The notes under the pieces were generated by a model that was not told the DNA's origin, searched no databases, and saw nothing but the letters and a program-made list of their open reading frames with translations. The position numbers and the translations under genes are program-made. Positions 25,238 through 34,592 of a DNA stretch of 64,000 bases are shown here, piece after piece. The DNA comes from an archaeon. Its GTDB lineage: Archaea; Nanobdellota; Nanobdellia; Woesearchaeales; GW2011-AR15. Numbering within the stretch: the first letter of the stretch is position 1; every line of letters begins with the position of its first letter. The stretch lies in assembly GCA_043826135.1 (NCBI GenBank), contig JBDRQT010000005.1:70255-134254 (forward strand), read 5' to 3'.

Positions 25238-26454
25238 TTCGACCTCAAGGCATCCACAGGCTGGAGTTTTGCAGCCTGCAATGCAGGAAATACGCCGAAG
25301 AAAGTCCCAAGTATGAATGAAAAAAGCAGTGCTCCGATGATAAGTTCAATACTTATTGTTGCCTGCAACAGCCTTGCACCTAGTGCCAGCCTTCCGATAT
25401 AAGAGAGCCCATAGGCAAGACCTGCACCTATTGTAACACCAATGATACCACCGACCATTCCAAGGAATCCGGATTCAAAGAAAAAAATTGTAAATACTGT
25501 CGAATTTCTTGCACCGATCGCTTTCATTATGCCTATTTCTTTTGTCCTTTCAAGGACAGCTGTGTACATTGTGTTCATTATTCCGATACCGCCGACAGCA
25601 AGAGATATGCCTGCAATAATATATACAAAAAGCTGGACCGCAAACAATGTTGAGTTCAAAGTTTCAAGAGTCTTTGCTGGTGTGCTTACTGTAAAATCCT
25701 CTTCGCCTATCTTCACATGCCTTTCTTTTCTCATTAATTTTTCAACACTTTCCTGAATATTTTTGATCTGGGATTCATCCTTTACCTTAACCACGATGAT
25801 GCTTGTGGTTCCGTCATCAGGAAATATATCCTTTACATCCTCATTTGCAAGAATGACGCTGTCAATAGTGAAGCTGCCCTTTTTCTTAAGTATGCCAACG
25901 ACCTGAAATGTTGCACCATTCAGAATAATATTATCTCCGACCCTGGCAGCTTTTTTGAATCTTCCATCAGGATTAAGGAAATTATTTCCTAAGACAACGC
26001 TTCTTGTTTCGCCATCTTTTAACATGCGGCCTTCTTCAATGTTCAGGTTCAGCATGGTCTCAAAGTTTTTTCTGTTGGCACCTACTGGAACAGAGCCAGC
26101 ATAGCCAACCTGTTGAATATCACCGAACTCAACAGGTATTGTCGCTACCTTTCTGTTGAAAGCAGAGTCTACTCCGTTTATCTTTTCAAGTTTGTCTCTA
26201 AGCGTGTCAGAAAGAGGATTGATGGCACCAGATCCAGGAGGCCCTGCAAATTCAATTCCAGAAGCCTGCACTGTAAGAATATCACTTCCAAGAAAACCGA
26301 ATTGTGAGCTGATTGCGGTCCTTAGTCCCTCACCTAATCCTATCAATGATACTACTGCAGCTATCCCGATGAAAATACCGATCATTGTAAGCCAGCTTCT
26401 AAGCCTCCTGTGAGAGAGATTCAGAAATGCCAGCCTTATGTTATCCTTAAGCAT
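25234..26454 (-). CDS. ABC transporter permease, FtsX/MacB-like (paralog of 24026-25237)
   Basis: Same architecture, with an identical core MNTMYTAVLERTKEIGIMKAIGA. Shares a 4-nt overlap with the downstream permease. Confidence 0.85.
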   Translation of the reverse strand: MLKDNIRLAFLNLSHRRLRSWLTMIGIFIGIAAVVSLIGLGEGLRTAISSQFGFLGSDILTVQASGIEFAGPPGSGAINPLSDTLRDKLEKINGVDSAFNRKVATIPVEFGDIQQVGYAGSVPVGANRKNFETMLNLNIEEGRMLKDGETRSVVLGNNFLNPDGRFKKAARVGDNIILNGATFQVVGILKKKGSFTIDSVILANEDVKDIFPDDGTTSIIVVKVKDESQIKNIQESVEKLMRKERHVKIGEEDFTVSTPAKTLETLNSTLFAVQLFVYIIAGISLAVGGIGIMNTMYTAVLERTKEIGIMKAIGARNSTVFTIFFFESGFLGMVGGIIGVTIGAGLAYGLSYIGRLALGARLLQATISIELIIGALLFSFILGTFFGVFPALQAAKLQPVDALRSK

Positions 26455-26471
26455 TCTAAATTAAAAAAAAA

Positions 26472-27740
26472 TTATTTCTTCTTTTTCCTTTTCAGATACA
26501 AGAAGATACCTGCGCCTATGACGAAGATTACAATGAGACCAAAACTGTTGTTGTTCTGCTTGATTCCCAGTTTTTCAGGGTTCATGACCTTCAGATCCAG
26601 ATTAATCACATCATTGTAAATCCTATTGTTTGCATCCCTGTATTCTACAGTCAAGGGTAGTACAATTGTCTCTTCCTGTTTTGTTGCACCATTTTTGAGG
26701 TACAGATCAAAATCAGCAGTCTCATAGTCATCACTGTTAACATTTCCTATATAGACTTCGGTTGCAGATAATATTTCATATTCCTCTTTTTCTGCTAGCT
26801 TCACATCCAGGAACTTCACATCAGTAAACCCTTTGTTTATGAATTTTATTGTGACAGTGCCTGTTTTTTTACCTACATAAAGATCGCTTTGATCAATAAT
26901 TACCGATAAATCAGGTTTTGCGCCGACAATCACTCCAATGATGTCATTTTTTGAATACTCTGTTCCAATTTCGTCTGAGTACGTCATCACAATTGGCATC
27001 TTATATATCATGGACTCTGCATCAGAGAGCGCAATCAATTTGTAAGAATAGGTGTATTCTTCTCCAGGAGACAAACTGTAAATCTTTTGCTCAGTTGCGC
27101 TTCCGAGCGGAGCAAATGGAAGGGCATTGAAGGCAACAATCTTGTCAGCTGCAGTTGAGGTCAAACTTCCAAGTGCAGTCGAATATGTGAGGTCAAGTTT
27201 TAATGTAACATCCTTTAGCGCAGAATCTGCCATATTCTTGACCTTTACATTTAAAGTAACTTCCTCTCCTGGTTTTATCTCCTTTGGGTCTGTTGTGACA
27301 GAGACTATACCAAGATTTGCGTCTCTAGTTCTTACCTCTACAAAAAATTCTCTGCTTATCCAAGGAAGATTTCCATGCTTGTATTTTATCCTTACTGGGT
27401 TTGATCCCTGGACTGCCTTTTCATCAACCCTTACTTTGTATTTTACTACCAATGCATTTTTGCTGTTACCAAGAGCAGGGAGATCGCCGTATGAACGTAG
27501 TGCTTCCTCATTGGCATCCAGCGAAAAAGGATACTCAGGGTCAAGCATCACCTGGAAATTCGTTGCGACAGTGTCTGCCTGAGTATTATGTATCATGAAC
27601 CTTAGTTCGAGATACTCACCTGGGTTTACAGGATCAGGTTCCTGGTTCATAAGTGTAATATTTATGCCAGGGGCTTCAACTGCAAGAGCAATGCTTGCCA
27701 GTAGTGTAAATAGCAATATAAACGTAAGTAATCTTTTCAT
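26472..27740 (-). CDS. Secreted beta-sandwich surface protein (COG1361/CARDB-like) with signal peptide and C-terminal TM anchor
   Basis: Signal peptide MKRLLTFILLFTLLASIALAVEA, repeated beta-rich segments, and C-terminal FGLIVIFVIGAGIFLYLKRKKKK. Sits inside the ABC operon. Confidence 0.6.
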   Translation of the reverse strand: MKRLLTFILLFTLLASIALAVEAPGINITLMNQEPDPVNPGEYLELRFMIHNTQADTVATNFQVMLDPEYPFSLDANEEALRSYGDLPALGNSKNALVVKYKVRVDEKAVQGSNPVRIKYKHGNLPWISREFFVEVRTRDANLGIVSVTTDPKEIKPGEEVTLNVKVKNMADSALKDVTLKLDLTYSTALGSLTSTAADKIVAFNALPFAPLGSATEQKIYSLSPGEEYTYSYKLIALSDAESMIYKMPIVMTYSDEIGTEYSKNDIIGVIVGAKPDLSVIIDQSDLYVGKKTGTVTIKFINKGFTDVKFLDVKLAEKEEYEILSATEVYIGNVNSDDYETADFDLYLKNGATKQEETIVLPLTVEYRDANNRIYNDVINLDLKVMNPEKLGIKQNNNSFGLIVIFVIGAGIFLYLKRKKKK

Positions 27741-28432
27741 TTTCTTCCTCCTTTCTTGACAATTAGTCCGTCTTTAAGATATTCAATCCTTTGAGCTTCT
27801 TTGGCAAGGTCGTCGTCATGAGTGACCATGACTATTGTCTTTCCCTGCTCCTTATTTAATTTCTTCAAAAAGTCCATCACATTCTCGCCTGTCTTTGAAT
27901 CGAGGTTTCCTGTTGGCTCATCAGCAAGGATCATATCCGGATCAACTGCAAGTGATCTGGCAATTGCAACCCTTTGTTGCTGGCCTCCTGATAATTCTTT
28001 TGGCTTATGGTCAAGCCTATCACCAAGGTCAACTAGCGACAAAAGCTCTCTTGCCTTTTTTTTCCTTTCATAATCAGGAATATTCTGGAACATCATGGGA
28101 AGCATAACGTTTTCCATAGCAGTCAGCGTATTTATGAGGTTGAACTGCTGGAATATGAACCCAATCTTTCTTCCTCTTATCTGGGCAAGGTCTGACTCCC
28201 GCATAGTCGAGATATCTTTTCCATCCAGGAAGACATGGCCTTTTGTAGGGATATCCAGGCAACCGATAATATTCATGACAGTCGATTTTCCGCTTCCTGA
28301 TGGGCCCTGTATTGCCAGGAACTCACCGTCTCTGACTTCAAGGGAGATGCCTCTAAGAGCATTCACTTCCACTTCACCCATCTTATATGTCTTCCATACA
28401 TTGTCCACTTTGATTATTGATTTAGCCATCAT
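27737..28432 (-). CDS. ABC transporter ATP-binding protein (MacB/LolD-type)
   Basis: Walker A GPSGSGKST, signature LSGGQQQRVAIAR and Walker B ILADEPTGNLD. Confidence 0.9.
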   Translation of the reverse strand: MMAKSIIKVDNVWKTYKMGEVEVNALRGISLEVRDGEFLAIQGPSGSGKSTVMNIIGCLDIPTKGHVFLDGKDISTMRESDLAQIRGRKIGFIFQQFNLINTLTAMENVMLPMMFQNIPDYERKKKARELLSLVDLGDRLDHKPKELSGGQQQRVAIARSLAVDPDMILADEPTGNLDSKTGENVMDFLKKLNKEQGKTIVMVTHDDDLAKEAQRIEYLKDGLIVKKGGRK

Positions 28433-28902
28433 AATGCCTCTCTAAGATCATTTTTCCACTTTGTCATCAAGCTTTCAAAAACTAAAAGCTGCTTATAATA
28501 CTTTTCAATGATCTTTAATTTTTTCTTTGTTTTTTCGTCCTTTGAGGATTTATATTTGTTGATTATGCCGGGTATCCTATTTTTGGCAGGTTCGATGTAA
28601 ATGTCAGATGCTTTTGTGAGCTTGTTTATATTAATCTTCAAGAGGTCTTTTTCCATGATATAATAAAGCCTTTTAGAGCCGGGTTTTTTTATCTGTTTGC
28701 ACATTCCAATGGATTCAAGCATTTTCAGGGCATTAGAAACTGATGCTAGGCTATATCCTAGCTCCGTTGCAATATCATCCATCGCGACTTCTTCAGGTTC
28801 AAGATACAGGAACGTGATTATCTTTACGTTCAGGTCCTTTAGTCCAAATGACTTCCCGAGCTTTCCGAACACTTCTGACATGTCTTTATTGATTTGGTCC
28901 AT
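28429..28902 (-). CDS. Winged-HTH transcriptional regulator (GbsR/MarR-like), first gene of the ABC operon
   Basis: EEVAMDDIATELGYSLASVSNALKMLESIGMCKQIKKPGSKRLYY is a wHTH. Shares a 4-nt overlap with the ATPase gene. Confidence 0.6.
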   Translation of the reverse strand: MDQINKDMSEVFGKLGKSFGLKDLNVKIITFLYLEPEEVAMDDIATELGYSLASVSNALKMLESIGMCKQIKKPGSKRLYYIMEKDLLKININKLTKASDIYIEPAKNRIPGIINKYKSSKDEKTKKKLKIIEKYYKQLLVFESLMTKWKNDLREAL

Positions 28903-28986
28903 TTTTACAATTTTTAGTATATTTTAAAAATCCTGTGGATTTATAAAGGTTGGGTTTAAGAGGGAACAAAATGACCTTGTTTTTTG

Positions 28987-29017
28987 TTATAATTAGGGGA
29001 GACCCCCTAAAACCCCC
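28987..29017 (-). repeat. GC-rich palindromic element, copy A (inverted relative to copies B and C)
   Basis: ttataattaggggagaccccctaaaaccccc. Its reverse complement is nearly identical to 34316-34346. Confidence 0.75.
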
Positions 29018-29195
29018 TGCTTATTCTGCAAATGATATGCAATGCCTTTATCTTGCTGAAAGCCGGGAATAGGCATTGTCGCATGAATCAGTTCGTAAGA
29101 TTCGGTTGAGGCGACTAGCTCAAAAAATAAGATATTATCAATCTCTCTTTCCAAAACCAAAACAATTAAATCCTGAGTTGCAAATTATCTTAGTT

Positions 29196-30056
29196 ATGGC
29201 ACAAAGAAGGACAAAAAAAGCGAAAGTAACCAGAAAAAATAATTTCGCTTTGGCAAAATGGTTCTTCAAGGCAGTATGGTTCATAATAAAACTTCCCTAT
29301 GAGATTATCAAATTCTTTTTTATATCTCTTCATCAGTACCAGGAAAAAAGAAAACAAAAAACAAATATCATTAAAGAAGAGAAAAAAAGGACTGCAATGA
29401 AAGCGCAGTATGTACCCTTCAGCAATATCCTAACATATGAAGGTGATTATGACAAATGGGAAGCCCAGCTCTTTAATTCAGACAGCAAGATCGGGATTAT
29501 CATCGGTGCCAGAGGAAAAGGCAAGACTGCTTTAGGGATTAAACTTGCTGAAAACCTGTATGCTAAAAATAAAAAGAAGATTTATGCAATCGGATTTCAG
29601 AAAATTGATATGCCTGCATGGATTCATGTGATAGAGCAGGTGGATGAGATAACAAATAATTCATTTGTGCTTATTGATGAAGGCGGAGTCTTGTTCAGTT
29701 CCAGGGAATCGATGTCCAAACCGAATAAACTCTTATCTGACCTTATACTCATCGCAAGGCACAAGAACCTCAGTATACTTTTCATATCTCAGAATTCATC
29801 TAACCTAGATGTCAACATACTCAGGCAGGCTGATTGTCTTCTTCTCAAACCATCATCTCTTCTCCAGAAGGATTTTGAAAGAAAAAAGATTACTGAAATC
29901 TATACTGAAGTGAAGGAAAACTTCGAGAAATTCAAAGGCCATAGGGGCCTTACTTATATATATTCAGAGGAGTTCAGGGGCTTTGTGGACAATTCACTTC
30001 CTTCATTCTGGAGCCAGGGGATAAGCAAGAGCTTCAGCGAGAAAAAGGCTGAATGA
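29196..30056 (+). CDS. Membrane-anchored P-loop NTPase, Zot-like (zonular occludens toxin / phage pI-type) pattern
   Basis: Walker A GARGKGKTALG and Walker B FVLIDEGG, then IARHKNLSILFISQNSSNLDVNILRQAD resembling the Zot RH..d.i.itQ block. N-terminal TM WFFKAVWFIIKLPYEIIKFFFISL. ATG at 29196 is preferred to the TTG at 29076. Confidence 0.5.
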   Translation: MAQRRTKKAKVTRKNNFALAKWFFKAVWFIIKLPYEIIKFFFISLHQYQEKRKQKTNIIKEEKKRTAMKAQYVPFSNILTYEGDYDKWEAQLFNSDSKIGIIIGARGKGKTALGIKLAENLYAKNKKKIYAIGFQKIDMPAWIHVIEQVDEITNNSFVLIDEGGVLFSSRESMSKPNKLLSDLILIARHKNLSILFISQNSSNLDVNILRQADCLLLKPSSLLQKDFERKKITEIYTEVKENFEKFKGHRGLTYIYSEEFRGFVDNSLPSFWSQGISKSFSEKKAE

Positions 30057-30506
30057 TTATCTGTATTCTGGTTTCAGTACACATATACCATCTTTTTCTG
30101 TAATGAAAGCTTCCCTGTTTAGGACTATTTCAAACTCATCGAATCTTTGTGAAAAAATCTTTCCGAACTCTTTGGAGAGTTTCAGGCTATATTCCTTGCT
30201 TTTTTTGGTAATGTTTTCTAACTTGGTATTTCCGGCATACCTGAGAAAATCGAAGTTCAAAACCAAAAAAAGTCTTTTTTCGGTTTCACTGAATTTATCA
30301 AGATTCCTAATTCTGTTTGATATATCTAAAAGCTTTTCAATGGATTCTTTATCATAGTCATATCTTACCTCTTGAGGAACCATAGACATTAGAACTTCCA
30401 TCCCTTCTTTGAGTTTACCTTCTTTTACTATTGAATTTGGAATCCTGACACAGAGGGAATTTCCCTGTTTTACGATCCTGTTAACAAATGATACCTCTTT
30501 TTTCAT
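30057..30506 (-). CDS. AbrB/SpoVT-domain protein with an uncharacterised C-terminal extension
   Basis: N-terminus VKQGNSLCVRIPNSIVKEGKLKEGMEVLM is a SpoVT/AbrB swapped-hairpin motif. Total length 149 aa. Confidence 0.6.
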   Translation of the reverse strand: MKKEVSFVNRIVKQGNSLCVRIPNSIVKEGKLKEGMEVLMSMVPQEVRYDYDKESIEKLLDISNRIRNLDKFSETEKRLFLVLNFDFLRYAGNTKLENITKKSKEYSLKLSKEFGKIFSQRFDEFEIVLNREAFITEKDGICVLKPEYR

Positions 30507-30630
30507 TGTAATTACAATGTAATTATAATTTATATATAAATATTGTCAAATCGAAACATTTATATATTAAATGTTAGTTCTACCTAACATTATGTCATAT
30601 ATACATTACAATTTGTAAAGGAAAGGTAAC

Positions 30631-30837
30631 ATGAAAACAAGAATCAAGGAACTAAGGGCAAGGGAGAACCTTACACAAGATGACCTTGCAAAAAGGGTCG
30701 GGGTTACAAGGCAGACTATAATGTACATCGAGAAAGGAGAATATAATCCCTCACTATTATTGTCCATCAAGATCTGCAAATCATTAAATTGCAAGGTGGA
30801 AGAAGTATTCTTCCCTGAGGAGGATGAACTAAAATGA
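30631..30837 (+). CDS. XRE-family (Cro/C1-type) HTH transcriptional regulator
   Basis: IKELRARENLTQDDLAKRVGVTRQTIMYIEKGEYNPSLLLSIKICKSLNCKVEEVF is a classic HTH_3 pattern. Confidence 0.85.
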   Translation: MKTRIKELRARENLTQDDLAKRVGVTRQTIMYIEKGEYNPSLLLSIKICKSLNCKVEEVFFPEEDELK

Positions 30838-31274
30838 AAGAGAATGATAAGACTATGCTGAATTTTATGATAGCTGTGTTTGTAATAGGAATGGTCAATT
30901 TGCTATGGGCAATTGCAAAATCCATGCAATCTAATTGGTCCTTATTTAATGTTAAAGGGATAGATGTCCTGGTAGCGTATGGTGTTTCACTATTCCTACT
31001 AAAAACTTCAATAAAAGAATTATCTTACTACATGAGACATAAGAAAATTGAACATGGATACGATGAAAGAAACATGATTGTTTTGCATAAGTCACTCGGA
31101 AATACCTGCATTGTCATGCTTACCATATTAATGGGGGCCTTTTATTACTTTTATCTGTTTTATGATGCAGGTACACCTATATTTAGCTTAAGTTCATTTA
31201 ATTGGCTCCTGGGTCCTGCGCTCATTGTTTTCTTATGGTCTTTTAATTATTATTACAAGAGTAAGAACATATAG
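30834..31274 (+). CDS. Small multi-pass membrane protein translationally coupled to the XRE regulator (DUF2178-like arrangement)
   Basis: 4-nt ATGA overlap with the XRE gene and four hydrophobic helices. An XRE plus membrane-protein pairing is a recurrent two-gene module. Confidence 0.55.
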   Translation: MKENDKTMLNFMIAVFVIGMVNLLWAIAKSMQSNWSLFNVKGIDVLVAYGVSLFLLKTSIKELSYYMRHKKIEHGYDERNMIVLHKSLGNTCIVMLTILMGAFYYFYLFYDAGTPIFSLSSFNWLLGPALIVFLWSFNYYYKSKNI

Positions 31275-31356
31275 ATATTTTATTTTCTCTAATTGTAATT
31301 CTACGCCCCAAAAACTATATATACACAGAGCTTTTTATAGGGATTGGGGGATACTC

Positions 31357-32559
31357 ATGATAAAGATACCAAAAGATATGCTTATAGAAAAAATCAAGGA
31401 AAAATCAAATATTTCTGATAAAGAACTTAAGTCCAAAGTCAAGGATAAATTAGACCAGCTATCTGGTCTTATCAGTGAGGAAGGAGCTCTTCATATCATC
31501 GCAAATGAACTTGGAGTCAAGATTCTTGATGATCCTGGTGAACTCCAGGTAAAAAATGTTCTTCCCGGCATGAGGAATGTCGATCTCAAGGCAAAGGTTG
31601 TCAAAATATACGAAACAAGGGAGTTTGACAAGGACGGAAGAAAAGGGAAAGTCGGAAATTTCCTGATAGGTGATGAGACAGGAGTCATGCGGGCAGTTGC
31701 CTGGAATGACAAGGCTGATCTGTTAAATACTCTAAATGAAAATGATGTTGTCAGGATACAGAACGGGTATGCAAGGGACAATCAAGGAAGGACAGAAGTC
31801 CATCTTGGAGACAAGACTACAGTTACGGTTGAAAAAGGCACTAGCATAGATGTCAAGCAGAGAGAATCGATAAGGAAAAGCATAAAGGACCTGAAAGAGA
31901 ATGATGATAATGTTGAGATAATGGGGACCATTGTCCAAGTGTTTGACCCAAGGTTTTTCACAGTTGACCCAGAATCAGGAAAAAAGGTCGTAGAAAAAGA
32001 AGGTAAGTTTTATCTTAATGATAAACTCATTGAAAAGCCCGATTTTTCTTATGTCACAAACCTTATGCTTGATGACGGTACAGATAATATAAGGGTAGTG
32101 CTATGGAAAGCACAGACACAGAAGCTTTTCGAGATGAGCCATGAGACTATTTTATCAAGTAAAGATAAAGGATTTGAAGAGATAAAAAATGAGCTTCTTG
32201 GAAAGATTGTGAAGTTTGCAGGAAAAGTCAATAATAACGAGATGTTTGCAAGGATTGAGTTTGTCGCAAATTTAGTTTTTACTAATCCTAATCCTGAAGA
32301 AGAGATAAAAAGGCTTAATGCTGAGCTTGAAAAACAGAAGTTAGAAAAGAAAGAAGAGGCTGCAGAAGAGCCAGAAGTAGCAGAGGAGTCTGATACTGAA
32401 GAGGAACCAGCTCCTAAGCCAGAGGCCAGAAAACCGGAACTAAAAAAGCCAGAAGTGGTGAAGATCGATATCGCAAAACCAAAGCCAAAAGAAAAAGATG
32501 CAGACGAAATTCTGGATATCGATGAGATTGAGGATTTATCAGATTTGGATTCTATCTAA
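31357..32559 (+). CDS. Replication protein A-like ssDNA-binding protein (OB folds) with a charged K/E-rich C-terminal tail
   Basis: ATG at 31357 is preceded by GGGGG. N-terminus ...LSGLISEEGALHIIANELGV. OB fold VDLKAKVVKIYETREFDKDGRKGKVGNFLIGDETGVMRAVAWNDKA, with a second OB (IMGTIVQVFDPRFF...DGTDNIRVVLWKAQ). Confidence 0.75.
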   Translation: MIKIPKDMLIEKIKEKSNISDKELKSKVKDKLDQLSGLISEEGALHIIANELGVKILDDPGELQVKNVLPGMRNVDLKAKVVKIYETREFDKDGRKGKVGNFLIGDETGVMRAVAWNDKADLLNTLNENDVVRIQNGYARDNQGRTEVHLGDKTTVTVEKGTSIDVKQRESIRKSIKDLKENDDNVEIMGTIVQVFDPRFFTVDPESGKKVVEKEGKFYLNDKLIEKPDFSYVTNLMLDDGTDNIRVVLWKAQTQKLFEMSHETILSSKDKGFEEIKNELLGKIVKFAGKVNNNEMFARIEFVANLVFTNPNPEEEIKRLNAELEKQKLEKKEEAAEEPEVAEESDTEEEPAPKPEARKPELKKPEVVKIDIAKPKPKEKDADEILDIDEIEDLSDLDSI

Positions 32560-32560
32560 T

Positions 32561-33133
32561 TTAATTCTTTATTATTTTTTTAAGGGCATCATCTATGTTT
32601 TTCCCATAAGATATTATTCCTTCCACATGCCCGAGCATCACAATGATGCCTGATGCATTTTCCTTTGCCAACTTTCCAACAGCATGCGCCATCTCTGGCG
32701 TTCCATATGGAATATCTTTTGATATGCACATAGTTTTATTTTTCAAAAAATCCCATAATCTCTTACTATGGATATGGATAACTGCATTTATCCTTAGGTT
32801 TGCCTCGTAAATTGCTGCATGTGTCATTGATTCTGAGGATGCCTTGGTCAGGCCGATGCAAGAGACAAAATTCTTATCAACATCAAAACTAGTGACAAGC
32901 GAGTAATCATCGATGTTTAATTTTTTCTTGTTCCCGGTTTCGCTTCCTGTTATGATAAATTCATTATTTTTCCCTATTCTTATGCTTATGTTTCCATACC
33001 CGATGCCGCTGGGATACGCGCCGATCAAGCCTAACCCATATAACTTTTCTCTGCATGTATTGATTTCAGAGATGTCAAAATTAATAGAAGATTTTTTCCA
33101 GTCAAGATTGAATTTTATGTAGCCATCATCCAT
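32561..33133 (-). CDS. Class II aldolase/adducin-family protein (MtnB-like dehydratase or aldolase)
   Basis: SSESMTHAAIYEANLRINAVIHIHS is the class II aldolase metal-site region. Overlaps and is co-oriented with the mtnA-like gene. Confidence 0.6.
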   Translation of the reverse strand: MDDGYIKFNLDWKKSSINFDISEINTCREKLYGLGLIGAYPSGIGYGNISIRIGKNNEFIITGSETGNKKKLNIDDYSLVTSFDVDKNFVSCIGLTKASSESMTHAAIYEANLRINAVIHIHSKRLWDFLKNKTMCISKDIPYGTPEMAHAVGKLAKENASGIIVMLGHVEGIISYGKNIDDALKKIIKN

Positions 33134-34196
33134 TTTCGGGAAACAACCTCAATATATCTTGTTTAGAAGCATTGCATATCCCTCTTTCAGTGATTAGTCC
33201 TGTTACAAGCCTTGCTGGAGTCACATCAAATGCATAGTTTGCTGATCTGCTGTTTTTCGGCATTATCCTTATTTTTTGACAAATATTATCCTCATTTAGA
33301 CCGGTGATAAAATCAACTTCTTCGCTGCTCCTCTCTTCAATTGGAATGGTCCTATGATCCCTTTCTGCCCATTCAATAGAAGAGGATGGAAGGGCGACAT
33401 AAAAGGGGATATTGTTGTCTTTCGCAGCAAGTGCCTTTAGGTAAGTGCCAATTTTATTTGTGACATCTCCAGAAAGTGTTGTCCTGTCGCTTCCAACAAT
33501 TACTAAATCAACCATACCTCGTTGCATGAGGTGTCCGCCGGTATTATCAACAATTACTGTATGATTAATTCCTTGTTCTCCAAGTTCCCATGCTGTAAGA
33601 TATCCCTGGTTTCTTGGCCTTGTCTCGTCAACCCAGACGTGGAGAGGGATTCCTTTTTCATGGGCCATATATATCGGAGAAGTGGCTGTGCCATAATCAA
33701 CAGTCGCAAGCCAGCCTGCATTGCAGTGTGTTAATATGTTGACAGGTGATTTTTTCTTTTTGTATATCTCTTCAATTATCTTATAGCCATGGGTGCCTAT
33801 CATACTGCATTGGTCCAATGATTTCTCGCAGATTGTATTTGCAGTTTCAAGGGATGTTTTTATCTTGTCTGAGCTTTTTTCTATAAATTTAAGCATTGTA
33901 TCGATTGCCCACATAAGATCGATTGCTGTAGGTCTTGCAGATTTAAGTTTCTCTGCATATTTTTTGATATCAGAATCCTCATTTGCCTCCAGGCACGCAA
34001 GGTACATCCCGTAAGCAGCAGTCACGCCAATTAGGGGAGCGCCTCTTACATGCATGTCTTTTATTGCAGTGAAGACATCTTCAACTGTTTTTAGTTCTTC
34101 AATCACAAATTCAAAGGGGAGTTTTCTTTGGTCGATTATTTTGATTGTGGAATTTTCTAACCAGATTGTGTGGTAGGGTTTGTTGTTGACTAGCAT
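33126..34196 (-). CDS. mtnA: Methylthioribose-1-phosphate isomerase / eIF-2B-family (MtnA-like; could be a ribose-1,5-bisphosphate isomerase)
   Basis: IKIIDQRKLPFEFVIEELKTVEDVFTAIKDMHVRGAPLIGVTAAYG and VGSDRTTLSGDVTNKIGTY are eIF-2B/MtnA family hallmarks. Confidence 0.8.
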   Translation of the reverse strand: MLVNNKPYHTIWLENSTIKIIDQRKLPFEFVIEELKTVEDVFTAIKDMHVRGAPLIGVTAAYGMYLACLEANEDSDIKKYAEKLKSARPTAIDLMWAIDTMLKFIEKSSDKIKTSLETANTICEKSLDQCSMIGTHGYKIIEEIYKKKKSPVNILTHCNAGWLATVDYGTATSPIYMAHEKGIPLHVWVDETRPRNQGYLTAWELGEQGINHTVIVDNTGGHLMQRGMVDLVIVGSDRTTLSGDVTNKIGTYLKALAAKDNNIPFYVALPSSSIEWAERDHRTIPIEERSSEEVDFITGLNEDNICQKIRIMPKNSRSANYAFDVTPARLVTGLITERGICNASKQDILRLFPENG

Positions 34197-34315
34197 AGAA
34201 GATAAGAATAATATATTGGTTTAATAATTTACGATAACTATTTTGACTGAGTTGCTTTAACCGAATCTTACGAGCTGATTCTTGCGACAAAGCATATCTT
34301 AACTGAATTGAAAAT

Positions 34316-34346
34316 GGGGTTTTAGGGGTCTCCCCCTAATTATACT
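34316..34346 (+). repeat. GC-rich palindromic element, copy B
   Basis: ggggttttaggggtctccccctaattatact, comprising a TTAGGGG-TCT-CCCCCTAA hairpin followed by a TATA-like TTATA. Confidence 0.75.
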
Positions 34347-34592
34347 ACAAAAAAATATTCATTATAACCCAACTAGATATTTCCACTGGACTTTCTCTTG
34401 AATATTATATATTCAGCATTCACTGGACACACTGGACATGCTGCTGTGAGGTATTTAAAGAAGCTTGGTTCTAACATTATTCAGCTTGCCAAAACAAGCC
34501 CTCCCGGCTCTGGAGCAGGTGGATTTTTTCCACCTATGCTCATAATGAAGGAGCTGATTGAAACAAGAACCGAAAGGAAAGGGGGAAATAAA

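Noticed and set aside
27127-27582. 151-aa plus-strand ORF
   Set aside because: It is antisense to the surface-protein gene of the ABC operon. It has no start context or motifs.
28987-34346. Copies A and B of the GC-rich palindrome as inverted terminal repeats of a 5.3-kb mobile element
   Set aside because: The enclosed region includes housekeeping genes (RPA-like, mtnA-like, aldolase) and has no transposase or integrase. A third copy sits at 59384 in an unrelated context. A regulatory or REP-like role is more parsimonious.
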